DNA of 64,000 nucleotides from Escherichia phage ECML-4. Position numbers and translations under genes: made by a program. This document shows positions 39,546-48,265 of the stretch, in pieces. Within the stretch, counting starts at the first letter, position 1, and every line of letters begins with the position of its first letter. The notes beneath the pieces were generated by a model, which was not told the DNA's origin, did no database searches, and worked only from the letters and a program-made list of their open reading frames with translations. The stretch lies in the sequence record JX128257. One strand, written 5' to 3'.

Positions 39546-40004
39546 TTATTTCCCATCCCAAAAGTCGTCTTCATCGTCTACTTCATCAAACGCAGAATCC
39601 AATTCTGCGTCAGAGTACTCTGGTAGACGACCATTCTGTTTCAGATATTCAATTTCGTCATCTTCCAATTGAAGATCCGTTGCTATAAACAGCGCTCCGG
39701 TCTCTTCATCATGTTCAATGCTATAAGACGTATATTCAGAACCCTGAACTGTAATGATGATAGATGTTGGATCTTCTGGATCCACGTGAGCTTCAAACGG
39801 GATACCGTCAATTGGGGCGTCTTCTAAGAATGTTGCAAGGGCTACGGCAGCGCGGACAACATCCGTACCCTGTACCGATGCATAAATTTCTTCTGCGCCC
39901 GTTTCCCCGCGCTCAAAGAATTCAATCGTAGTTCCGTCTTGAACCCCAGTCCAGATAGGCATATCTGCTGGTGTATCGGCTTCAAATAATTTTGAAATTG
40001 GCAT
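39546..40004 (-). CDS. highly acidic protein
   Basis: 152 aa, very Asp/Glu-rich with few Lys/Arg. Confidence 0.45.
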   Translation of the reverse strand: MPISKLFEADTPADMPIWTGVQDGTTIEFFERGETGAEEIYASVQGTDVVRAAVALATFLEDAPIDGIPFEAHVDPEDPTSIIITVQGSEYTSYSIEHDEETGALFIATDLQLEDDEIEYLKQNGRLPEYSDAELDSAFDEVDDEDDFWDGK

Positions 40005-40039
40005 GTTCGTTTCCTCTATGGATAAACCTTATGGGATAT

Positions 40040-40489
40040 TTAGGCTTCTCTCTTCGCCAGCCCTGGTTTGAATACCACCATTTCTTCTACGTTATTGGCA
40101 CTCATAGAGGCTATGGAATCGAATCCTTTATTGATAAGTTCCTTCACATTATCGTGAATCTTACCAGGTTCTATCCCCAACTCACGCATTTTGTTTTCCC
40201 AAACAGAAACGTTATTAGAATCTATTACCAGAGTCTTCTTGGCCTTAACACGAAATGCCATGACAACAGGTTCACCAGATTGACGATAGCGAACGGCGTT
40301 TTCCGCGTAGATCTGCGCTTTTTCTGGATCCCCTGTCAGGTAAAATCCAGCACCCATCGTACCAGAGTCAGTCTGGCCAAATTTTTCAAAATCAAAGACG
40401 TCGAATTCAACATTCGACCCATGATATAAAACAATATCCGTAAAATCGGGCAATGTTGATTCACGATAGAATTCTAGGAAGGTTTTCAT
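40040..40489 (-). CDS. ADP-ribosyltransferase-fold protein (PARP-like H-Y-E class candidate)
   Basis: LYHGSN (H-G-S), GAGFYLTGD (G-x-G-x-Y-F/L), IYAEN, later NNVEEMVVF resembling the PARP catalytic-Glu strand; 149 aa. Confidence 0.4.
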   Translation of the reverse strand: MKTFLEFYRESTLPDFTDIVLYHGSNVEFDVFDFEKFGQTDSGTMGAGFYLTGDPEKAQIYAENAVRYRQSGEPVVMAFRVKAKKTLVIDSNNVSVWENKMRELGIEPGKIHDNVKELINKGFDSIASMSANNVEEMVVFKPGLAKREA

Positions 40490-40528
40490 GGATACCCCAC
40501 ACTTGCTGTATGGGGTATTTAGGAGGGA

Positions 40529-41722
40529 TCAATCAGGGGTAAACTCGTTCACAGGAACTTGTTCCGGCATAGACAATTCGGGGCATGCTGCCTTCATTGG
40601 CTCAATATACGGCTTGCTACCAACAATCCAGAACAGAGCGTTTTCGTTGAGCAGTTCTGGCTTATGCTGTTGGATCCAGGTCATGACCTTGCCTTCATAG
40701 CGAGGATGCAGCTCAATATCACCCCACTGATAATCCATCAGGTCATTATAGCGAACCCAATTCGTTGTATGCAAATCCCAATGGTGTACTGCAAAGCGTG
40801 GGAGCGTTATCTCCGGCTCTCCCTTCTCGCGGATACCCATCAGGAGGCCAGCCAGCGAAACGCTCTTAGAGGCATGCTGAAGATCCTTCTTACCATACAC
40901 ATAATCTGGGTTGTCGTGATAGCAACGAGTGAAATCCGTTATGTGCGGAAGATTAGCTTGTTTTCCAATAATACGCAAACGGCTTTCAATAAAGTCCAGA
41001 CGGTTGGGACCAATCCCGATCAGATATACATTTTTCAGATTTGGTTTCGGGTGCATTGCCAGCCCTGTCAAAATGCTGGTACAAGAATTACATGAACCAG
41101 CAGGAATGATCAGATCTGTGATATGGTCCGGAATGTTAGCAACCTGCTCGCCGCCCAGCATATGAAATCCTGCAATCCTCTCCGGAGAATGCAACGTATG
41201 ATCCAGAGTGATCCCATACTCTAGATAATATGCTTTTGGATTCTGCTGCTCAATCAATTTCTTGCAGCGCGGCTGGATAGTGCTGTTGTAACCCGAACCG
41301 ACAAAGTTGAATTCGCTGCCGAACCAGGCGCTCATCTTCACCATGTCATGGTTCATACACGTGGTGGGTTTGGTAGCGCCCAGGACTGTAGTTGTCTTGC
41401 CGCCGAAATGCCGTGAGACTGCCGTCGCCATAGGGGACTGCGGACTACCAACGACTGTACCATGGATAAGGTCTGGGGAGCCTCCGGCCTTTAAATGCTC
41501 AACCATCAGCCAGATGGCCTGACGAAGTTTACTGCCGTTGATGCCCTGCTTGCCATCTGTATAGTTGGACAGCGGCGCGAAGTAATCTTCACGCTTGAAC
41601 CAGACCTGTTGATTGGTTTCAGGGTTGGCAACGAGTTCACACGGGGTGTGCTTGTAGAGGTAGTCTTCCCAGTGGACCAGGTTGCGGTCGAGGGAAAGTG
41701 TATCGAAGATGGACTTGTTCAT
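40529..41722 (-). CDS. PLP-dependent enzyme, fold type II (ACC-deaminase/D-cysteine-desulfhydrase-like)
   Basis: GINGSKLRQAIWL resembles the G-N-K-x-R-K-L PLP-lysine motif; Gly-rich loop VGSGYNST; 397 aa. Confidence 0.5.
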   Translation of the reverse strand: MNKSIFDTLSLDRNLVHWEDYLYKHTPCELVANPETNQQVWFKREDYFAPLSNYTDGKQGINGSKLRQAIWLMVEHLKAGGSPDLIHGTVVGSPQSPMATAVSRHFGGKTTTVLGATKPTTCMNHDMVKMSAWFGSEFNFVGSGYNSTIQPRCKKLIEQQNPKAYYLEYGITLDHTLHSPERIAGFHMLGGEQVANIPDHITDLIIPAGSCNSCTSILTGLAMHPKPNLKNVYLIGIGPNRLDFIESRLRIIGKQANLPHITDFTRCYHDNPDYVYGKKDLQHASKSVSLAGLLMGIREKGEPEITLPRFAVHHWDLHTTNWVRYNDLMDYQWGDIELHPRYEGKVMTWIQQHKPELLNENALFWIVGSKPYIEPMKAACPELSMPEQVPVNEFTPD

Positions 41723-41791
41723 TCTATTTCTCCTGTAGACATTGGCTTATCATAGCGTATCTACAGGAGTATAGAAAAGGAGAATCTCGGG

Positions 41792-42475
41792 TTACTTGGT
41801 CAGAAAATCCATCAGGCGGCGGAAAAACGATTTGCGTGAGTCACTCACCTTCGGAGGATACTGAAGGATGGGTGGAAGTTCAGGATCCACACCAACAGGC
41901 GCTCCCTGATCGTTCAGAACACGACTGGCTGGTGGAGTCGGTGGAGTCGGCTTCAAAGATTTGATCGCCTGATTCAGATCGGAATTGTCCACAACACTCG
42001 CTTCTTCAGCCACAGAAACACACGGCTTGATTAAAACAGATTTCTTGGACTGCTCATACTGATGAGCGATATCTAGATATTTCTTGCGCTCAGCGTAGAA
42101 ATCTACGTTCTTAACTTTACGGCGGCGAGCAGTAGAACTCTCTTCACCATAAAAGTCATATCCATTTTTGAACATCCAATTCACTGCTTGCTCAAATGAA
42201 TTGAATACCATATACAGGCCGCGCCGCCCGTTGACCATATCGTCTTCGCTGGAATAACCGATGAACACCGCTTGGCCTTTCTTGTTCAGATCAAATGGGG
42301 TGCAGACGCCCGTATCATCTAGGGAACGCGGTGCTAGGTGCCCGTCTCTGTAAATGTAAGCCGGATACAAGAACTCATTCAGAGTGCGCTTGTTGCCTTT
42401 ATATGTGTACAGACGAGCAAATGGAGGCAGATCACAAACAACATCATTGTAATCCCAAATTGTTACATTGCGCAT
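41792..42475 (-). CDS. hypothetical protein
   Basis: 227 aa ORF; Pro-rich C-terminal segment. Confidence 0.4.
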   Translation of the reverse strand: MRNVTIWDYNDVVCDLPPFARLYTYKGNKRTLNEFLYPAYIYRDGHLAPRSLDDTGVCTPFDLNKKGQAVFIGYSSEDDMVNGRRGLYMVFNSFEQAVNWMFKNGYDFYGEESSTARRRKVKNVDFYAERKKYLDIAHQYEQSKKSVLIKPCVSVAEEASVVDNSDLNQAIKSLKPTPPTPPASRVLNDQGAPVGVDPELPPILQYPPKVSDSRKSFFRRLMDFLTK

Positions 42476-42546
42476 GGTGTTTCCTCAAATCAATGAAGGG
42501 GTTTATAAACGGTTAAATTTTAAACCCCTTATTGTCATTGAACAAA

Positions 42547-43065
42547 TCAAATACTGGTCATATAGAGTGGGACAACCTGCTCGGCAATCAACACGACCTC
42601 AGTAATAGTGAAGTCACCGCCATAAGAGTACAGTTTGATTTGCGCCCCGTTTGTCGCCAGATTCCCATCCTTGTCAACACTGAAGAACGTAATGAAAGAC
42701 AGGGTGTCCGGCGGCGGTACGCTAGCATCACGACTTCTTGATAACTGGTTCCCAAGAGAGCCAACAAAGTCAACAATCATGGTTCTGTTTGAAGTGGATC
42801 CAGACCATGAACCGACGATATTGACCTTCACCGGAAGAATAGAATCATAAGGAAACGCGTGAAATTTGTGATCTGATAATTTAAAGAACGGAGCCAAACC
42901 AGTAGGAGAAGAAGGGTTCGGAGTCTTCCCATCCAACACAGTTAACAAATCTATTCCAGTTGCCCCAGAAGTTAGAAGTTGTGACAAACCGGAAAATCTG
43001 ACTTCTGTTTTGATGCGATGGGTCTGAAGCATATTCCCCAAATAGGGAGATATCAAAATGGCCAT
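42547..43065 (-). CDS. hypothetical protein
   Basis: 172 aa ORF. Confidence 0.4.
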   Translation of the reverse strand: MAILISPYLGNMLQTHRIKTEVRFSGLSQLLTSGATGIDLLTVLDGKTPNPSSPTGLAPFFKLSDHKFHAFPYDSILPVKVNIVGSWSGSTSNRTMIVDFVGSLGNQLSRSRDASVPPPDTLSFITFFSVDKDGNLATNGAQIKLYSYGGDFTITEVVLIAEQVVPLYMTSI

Positions 43066-43074
43066 ACTCCCTCC

Positions 43075-43308
43075 TTAAGAAACGATAACCGTCGCATCAG
43101 AATTAATTGCCTTAACCCATCCCACCGTCGGCGGGGTTAAAACGACCATATTTCCTTGATATATGATATGCGCGTTGTTGCCCGTTGGAGCGCTGGGGCT
43201 ATCACACAGATACACAGAACCGTGAGTCACTTGAAGAGTTTTCAAAGATGTGCCGTCTGAGACTTGCGTCCATGTACTTGCGTTTGGTGTGATCTTAGCA
43301 GTTGCCAT
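43075..43308 (-). CDS. hypothetical small protein
   Basis: 77 aa ORF just downstream of the tRNA-cluster terminator. Confidence 0.35.
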   Translation of the reverse strand: MATAKITPNASTWTQVSDGTSLKTLQVTHGSVYLCDSPSAPTGNNAHIIYQGNMVVLTPPTVGWVKAINSDATVIVS

Positions 43309-43355
43309 AATAGACCTCCTTTACAAGTCAGATCTATTTATTACAGACAAAAAGA

Positions 43356-43378
43356 AGCCCGATCGTCCTGATCGGGCT
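43356..43378 (-). terminator. terminator downstream of tRNA cluster
   Basis: AGCCCGATC-GTCCT-GATCGGGCT hairpin; minus strand followed by TTCTTTTT. Confidence 0.5.
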
Positions 43379-43599
43379 ATATTAAACCATCGTGGGGATG
43401 GAAAGACTACTCACAGCAATTTCTGATAATGGGCGTTGGGAGAGTGCGTCGGGAATCGAACCCGAAACCGTCAGGACAATGAAAAGCTATTGCATTTCAC
43501 TTTGCATATCCTCCGGCTTTCTTAACTTCCTTAACCCCAGATTGTTATGAAGTCGGCATGCACACCTTCTTCATCTTCAGGAAGTCACACTCATTGTTC

Positions 43600-43675
43600 T
43601 GGTTGCTTCAACTGGATTCGAACCAGTGACCTCTCCCTTATCAGGGGAACGCTCTACCTACTGAGCTATGAAGCA
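43600..43675 (-). tRNA. tRNA-Ile (anticodon GAT)
   Basis: hand-folded cloverleaf: acceptor TGCTTCA/TGAAGCA, D stem GCTC/GAGC, anticodon stem TTCCC/GGGAG with loop CTGATAA, T arm ACTGG-TTCGAAT-CCAGT, CCA encoded. Confidence 0.8.
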
Positions 43676-43678
43676 ATT

Positions 43679-43767
43679 TGGCGGAAGGTGAAGGATTCGA
43701 ACCTTCGGGGGCTAAAAGCCCCACTCGATTAGCAGTCGAGTCCCTTAAACCTCTCGGGCAACCTTCC
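43679..43767 (-). tRNA. tRNA-Ser (anticodon GCT), type II
   Basis: acceptor GGAAGGT/ACCTTCC, anticodon stem CTCGA/TCGAG with loop CTGCTAA, long variable arm, T arm GAAGG-TTCGAAT-CCTTC, CCA encoded. Confidence 0.8.
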
Positions 43768-44052
43768 GTATACTGCGCCTCGGTCAAGAATTTTCCAAGC
43801 CATGACCTAAATCTGGGTTCTTGACCTGACCGAGCGTAATTTGGACGGGCTTCACACCCGATTGTGCATTTGATCTGCCGTAGCCCAACTCCCCGCGCCG
43901 AAGCGCCGATTGGTTAACTGGCACCAGTGCCTTCTGGTTCGATCTCCTGTAACTTTACAGGCTTTGCGCCCGACCATTTCTGGAAGTTGAGGCATCGTTC
44001 CCGATGTGGAGTCCCCTCATTTTACACAGCTGGCTGCAACGCTTACTGTGTT

Positions 44053-44136
44053 TGGTGTGAGTGGATGGATTCGAACCACCGCGCTGTTACGGGGAGATTT
44101 ACAGTCTCCTGCATTCGACCGCTCTGCCACACTCAC
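44053..44136 (-). tRNA. tRNA-Tyr (anticodon GTA), type II
   Basis: acceptor GTGAGTG/CACTCAC, anticodon stem GGAGA/TCTCC with loop CTGTAAA, 12-nt variable region, T arm GGTGG-TTCGAAT-CCATC, CCA encoded. Confidence 0.75.
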
Positions 44137-44392
44137 ATTTGGTCTACCACCACGTGCTGGGCCACGCTCGAGGACATCGGCCATCCTTCCTCAGCTAATC
44201 CACGCGGCGGTAGATTTAGATCAGAGTGTACGGTGTAGCATTCCGCAGGGGTGCACCTACTGTAGCCCTTTCACTCTGAAATTGTATGAAGTAGGTCTCA
44301 CTCCCCTGGGTATCTGTATCCTGCAGCCTTACATTGGCAGCTATCGCGCGATTCGCACTTCCGAAGGCGCTTCGAGATACTCTACTTCAATT

Positions 44393-44468
44393 TGGCGACG
44401 ATGGCAGGACTTGAACCTGCGACATATGGATTAACAGTCCACCGTTCTACCGACTGAACTACATCGTC
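44393..44468 (-). tRNA. tRNA-Asn (anticodon GTT)
   Basis: acceptor GACGATG/CATCGTC, D stem GTTC/GAAC, anticodon stem GTGGA/TCCAT with loop CTGTTAA, T arm GCAGG-TTCAAGT-CCTGC, CCA encoded. Confidence 0.8.
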
Positions 44469-44469
44469 A

Positions 44470-44670
44470 TTATCCGTGCTTGTTTGCTTCAATTGCCCTT
44501 AATTGAGCATCAGCGTCAGCTTTGGTGTCATGTGTCCCAAGAACCTTCGTCTTGGTGTGGTCAAGGACAACCCACTTGTCGCCTCGCTTTTCAACAAACT
44601 CAACAATCTCTTTGTTGTCGGTAGCGAGGCCATCCCACTCAGCAAGAAACTCACCGAACGTTTTCATCAT
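44470..44670 (-). CDS. small hypothetical protein embedded in tRNA cluster (66 aa)
   Basis: track ORF begins with TTG; more likely start is the ATG-ATG pair at 44670 preceded by GGTGAG. Confidence 0.35.
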   Translation of the reverse strand: MMKTFGEFLAEWDGLATDNKEIVEFVEKRGDKWVVLDHTKTKVLGTHDTKADADAQLRAIEANKHG

Positions 44671-44787
44671 ACTCACCAATTGTTTATTGAACAACTGGTT
44701 TATTTAGGTGCTCCCGAGGCGGTATTTTAATCCCGCGATCCCATCTCGCCTGCCGTAGACCAGAGCATGCTGACAGTCCAACATATT

Positions 44788-44863
44788 TGGTGACCCTGGC
44801 TGGACTTGAACCAGCGACCAATCGATTATGAGTCGACTGCTCTAACCACTGAGCTACGGGGCC
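44788..44863 (-). tRNA. tRNA-Met (anticodon CAT)
   Basis: acceptor GGCCCCG/CAGGGTC (one C-A mismatch), D stem GCTC/GAGC, anticodon stem GTCGA/TCGAT with loop CTCATAA, T arm GCTGG-TTCAAGT-CCAGC, CCA encoded. Confidence 0.7.
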
Positions 44864-44971
44864 AAAATTGGCGGGGTCTGAGGCTTTTCACCTCACCTGC
44901 TGGATTGGCCTCCAGCTGTTCTCTCTGGGGACTCGCTGTCCGGACAGCTATCCCTTAAACTATCGCCCCTT

Positions 44972-45086
44972 AATTCATATTGCTGTGGGTAATACCAAAG
45001 CGGAGGTTTGGAATCTCTCGCCCTATAGCGACCTTTAAACCGTTTGATCAGTCCGATCCAAAGGACTACCCACAGCAATATGAATT
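44972..45086. repeat. 20-bp perfect inverted repeat flanking a 75-nt loop
   Basis: AATTCATATTGCTGTGGGTA (44972-44991) and its exact reverse complement (45067-45086); a 14-bp palindrome GCTGTCCGGACAGC lies just upstream (44935-44948). Confidence 0.8.
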
Positions 45087-45293
45087 TGTTGTGTCCAATC
45101 AAGGACTGTCAACCTTTTATCCCGTTTGTGCATGATCAGTTCATGCAGGCCTCTTTGTGCGCCTCACGGCAACGCGCTTCTGTAGGTCATTGACTTGCAC
45201 CGTAGTCTCACCACAGGCGTTTATTTTTCCAGGGCTTTCCACTTACAAGTCTTAACCAGATCGGGATACGGGCTTGTAAGATCAGATTGGACA

Positions 45294-45371
45294 CAACTTT
45301 GATGGCTCTAGGACTAAAGATCCCGCGTCACCCATAGACTTGGTTTATAAAATCTAGAGCCATCAAAGTTG
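45294..45371. repeat. 18-bp perfect inverted repeat flanking a 42-nt loop
   Basis: CAACTTTGATGGCTCTAG (45294-45311) and CTAGAGCCATCAAAGTTG (45354-45371); an 8-bp hairpin CTTACAAG/CTTGTAAG lies upstream (45242-45280). Confidence 0.8.
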
Positions 45372-45750
45372 CAACCAATGTCGCAACTCGCACTTCAGCG
45401 TCTTCGTCTCGCTTCAGCACTTGTCCTCTACGCTCGGACCAAACGAGGCTGGCCGACAGAAACATGACACCACTCATCACTAGAGCGAGGATGTGGTTGA
45501 TAGCCACGATGCTATATCTCTGTCGCAGAGTGATCACACTTGTCAGGATGATCACTGTTTTGCGAACTTGAAAATACTGCGCCTGTCTCGGGTTTCCCCT
45601 TAGTTCGGCCTCTCATTGTTCGTCTAGTCAGGGAGCTACCCTTGATGACCAGCTTATTTTGAGATCTTCGCCAGCACCCACTAGTGTCTAGAATATGTAG
45701 GTGTCGAGGTCTGCAAGGCATTGCCCTATTTCATACAACGCTCTCTCAAG

Positions 45751-45888
45751 TACGCAAATCGAAGTTCTCTGGGCTTAACAGGTTCGACCCAACATGTTGT
45801 ATATCGCCTAACTTGCTCATGGGACGGACACATCTGTGTACAGACCTTGAGGGTTAAAAGATATACCCAGAGAACTTCGATTTGCGTA
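45751..45888. repeat. 23-bp perfect inverted repeat flanking a 92-nt loop
   Basis: TACGCAAATCGAAGTTCTCTGGG (45751-45773) and CCCAGAGAACTTCGATTTGCGTA (45866-45888); loop contains a T-loop-like GGTTCGACC. Confidence 0.8.
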
Positions 45889-46477
45889 GCCCTTCACTTG
45901 CCAAAGATCAGGGCTAATAACAAGACTTCGCTCACATCTTTGAGGGCACTCAGTGTACAACAGGCTCCGATATTTCATAGGGCATTACTGCCTCGGATTT
46001 AAGTTGCCTTTCTCCTGAAACTCCATGCAGTCTCGCGTCTGACGCGGAATGCCCTCAAAGATGTGGAGCCGTTTTAGGGAGTCGAACCCAAATGCTTGGC
46101 CAGCGCTGACCTTACATCCCATCTGACTTAGGCAACCCACCTCTGCTTACTCAGGAGCTTATCCCCTTTGGACAGTCAGATATAACGGCTTTGGGATTGG
46201 AGGAAGGACTCGAACCTTCTCATGTACGCTCCTGATTTCTCAGAAGTAGCCTGCTCCCATCGACCTATTAAGTACACGCTCCGCTCATTGTTCGGCGGGA
46301 GCTTATTAATCACACCCTCCCGCCTATTGTTAGTGCGCCGAATTTTGTTATGAGGAATCGGAAGACCTCACTGGTGTATGGCTATTAAGCTACTGCCAGG
46401 AACGTGTTATCATTAGCGATTATTTTTGTGGTCAGTTTCTAAAAACCCGCAAAGTCACGCACAACGAAAACGAAAAC

Positions 46478-46542
46478 CTGTTTGAGTCCTAAACCTACCT
46501 GTCTTGGTCTCACATCGCTATGAGTGGCCAGGACTCAAACAG
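46478..46542. repeat. 13-bp perfect inverted repeat flanking a 39-nt loop
   Basis: CTGTTTGAGTCCT (46478-46490) and AGGACTCAAACAG (46530-46542). Confidence 0.7.
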
Positions 46543-46617
46543 CTTGCCGTTCAGTGAGTTAACTATACTTTGTAACCCGTTATTGATAAAACCTTTTATT
46601 TTTGTTGACGAGGGTGT

Positions 46618-46718
46618 GGAATCGAACCACACTTCTGAGCGCTGCCCCGTGTCACCAATGCACCACCTCACCATCGATTTGCCGGAACTTACGCATCCGG
46701 CCTCGTCCTGTCGGTGTT
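46618..46718 (-). ncRNA. tRNA-like element (perfect 7-bp acceptor stem plus canonical T-arm, non-canonical 101-nt body)
   Basis: GACGAGG (46618-46624) pairs perfectly with CCTCGTC (46712-46718); T-arm-like GTGTGG-AATCGAA-CCACAC at 46625-46643; no standard anticodon arm could be folded. Confidence 0.3.
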
Positions 46719-47332
46719 CTTCTGAATCCGGGAAGATCAGCAGGAACTATGAATCAAGTTAATTCAACCAACAGGAATCCTCGTGTTGCCCTTTGACGCA
46801 ACATTATGAACCCTCTATGAAGACTCATAATGTTGTCGGCGTGATGGAGATTAGCGCCCCCGACCTCCCCTTATATGTTGGTGTCGACTTGCCAACAGGG
46901 TGCTCTCTGATTCTGAGCTAATCACGCTACAACAGGGAGTTTCGTTCTCCGACGGTCAAGTGCGTCCACTGACACCAGCGAGGTGGATATTATGCCTCTA
47001 TTCACACAAGCCCCAGAGACTAGGGGTTCACTGTTTTCGGTTTCAAGCCTACTCACACTGTGCTGTTTCCCTCATGTTTGATACTTTACTGCAAGCCAGC
47101 CAATTTGAAAAATCCTCTCCCCTTTGAATTACACTGCCCACAGCAGTGCGGACGAACCTTCATTCAAAACCGGATGCGCCGAAATGGGCGACTGTGTACC
47201 GGACTGATCAGGTCGACCCAGGAGAGAGCAGGTAATCCCGATCAGGAGGATGAGGAGTAACATCATGTAAAACATAGTGTTCCCTCCCTTCCATGCAACT
47301 AACTTTACCGCATTTATTTATTGAATAAAGCG

Positions 47333-47902
47333 TTATTTTATCAATTCTAACTTCACAACGCGGCGCAGAAGGTAAACATATTCGCCAGCAGCTTCATGCG
47401 TCATATAATGGGTAGAAGGTGTGGAATGATTGTTCTGGGTTTCTTTTAATCCAACACGTTCTGCCCAACCATTAATCGAATTCCCATAGAATCCGATGAT
47501 CGCGCCGAAATAAATGCGCTGGCTCTCTGGTTCTAAAATATAGTTGACAGTGAAGCAGATGTCAGAACGAATAGATTCCAACTTTATACCGACCCGACCT
47601 TCAGAGAATTCGTTGCGAACATACAAATGACGAAAACGATCGCGTCGCGCTTGTGATGACTCTTCCAATTCTTGGCGAAGTGAGGATGTTGCATCGATAT
47701 TAAATGAAAATGTCGGGTTTTGCAAATCGGTACGGGCTAACTCTAATGCTGATTCAACAACACGGCGGAAATTGATACTTTTACCTGTCAGACGTTTCAC
47801 TTCATCTGTGATTGTTCCAAAAGGGATTTTCGTGGCGCGTTCTCCTTCGTATTTCGCCAATAAAGGAATAATGTGTTTCATGATTGCTGTGTTAATGTGC
47901 AT
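47333..47902 (-). CDS. hypothetical protein
   Basis: 189 aa ORF; first minus-strand gene next to the divergent switch region. Confidence 0.45.
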   Translation of the reverse strand: MHINTAIMKHIIPLLAKYEGERATKIPFGTITDEVKRLTGKSINFRRVVESALELARTDLQNPTFSFNIDATSSLRQELEESSQARRDRFRHLYVRNEFSEGRVGIKLESIRSDICFTVNYILEPESQRIYFGAIIGFYGNSINGWAERVGLKETQNNHSTPSTHYMTHEAAGEYVYLLRRVVKLELIK

Positions 47903-48265
47903 TTCCTGAGCCTCGTCAAATTAATTAAATGTCCCCACTATTATATTGGGAATATGTTTATTGAATATAACCCCAAGAAAGGCCAATAAAATAATGACAG
48001 CGATTATTAATAGGTAAAAACTACTTTTCTACAACATCAAGAAACTGTATCTTAACGCGGTGCCCTTCGAGTTGTGAGTGTTAACGAACAACGAGAAGCA
48101 GCCTCCATGGCTGCGGAATGGGACTGCCTGTCAAGGCGGTGTTACGAGCGAGGGCGTCAGCCCCCTCGCGAGTATATTCGAATAAATTAACGCGCGAGAG
48201 CGTTTTGATTCCCTTTGGCTAAATATCTTCAACACCATATTCAAACTCAGGTGATGGAGATTATC

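Noticed and set aside
43436-43525. Possible sixth tRNA: T-arm TCGGG-TTCGATT-CCCGA plus 3' acceptor strand CGCACTC
   Set aside because: No complementary 5' acceptor strand within tRNA distance and no anticodon arm with a 7-nt loop could be folded; kept only as a tRNA-like fragment
44893-45102. 69-aa minus-strand ORF inside the ORF-poor region
   Set aside because: Spans the 20-bp inverted repeat and palindrome; more likely structured non-coding sequence
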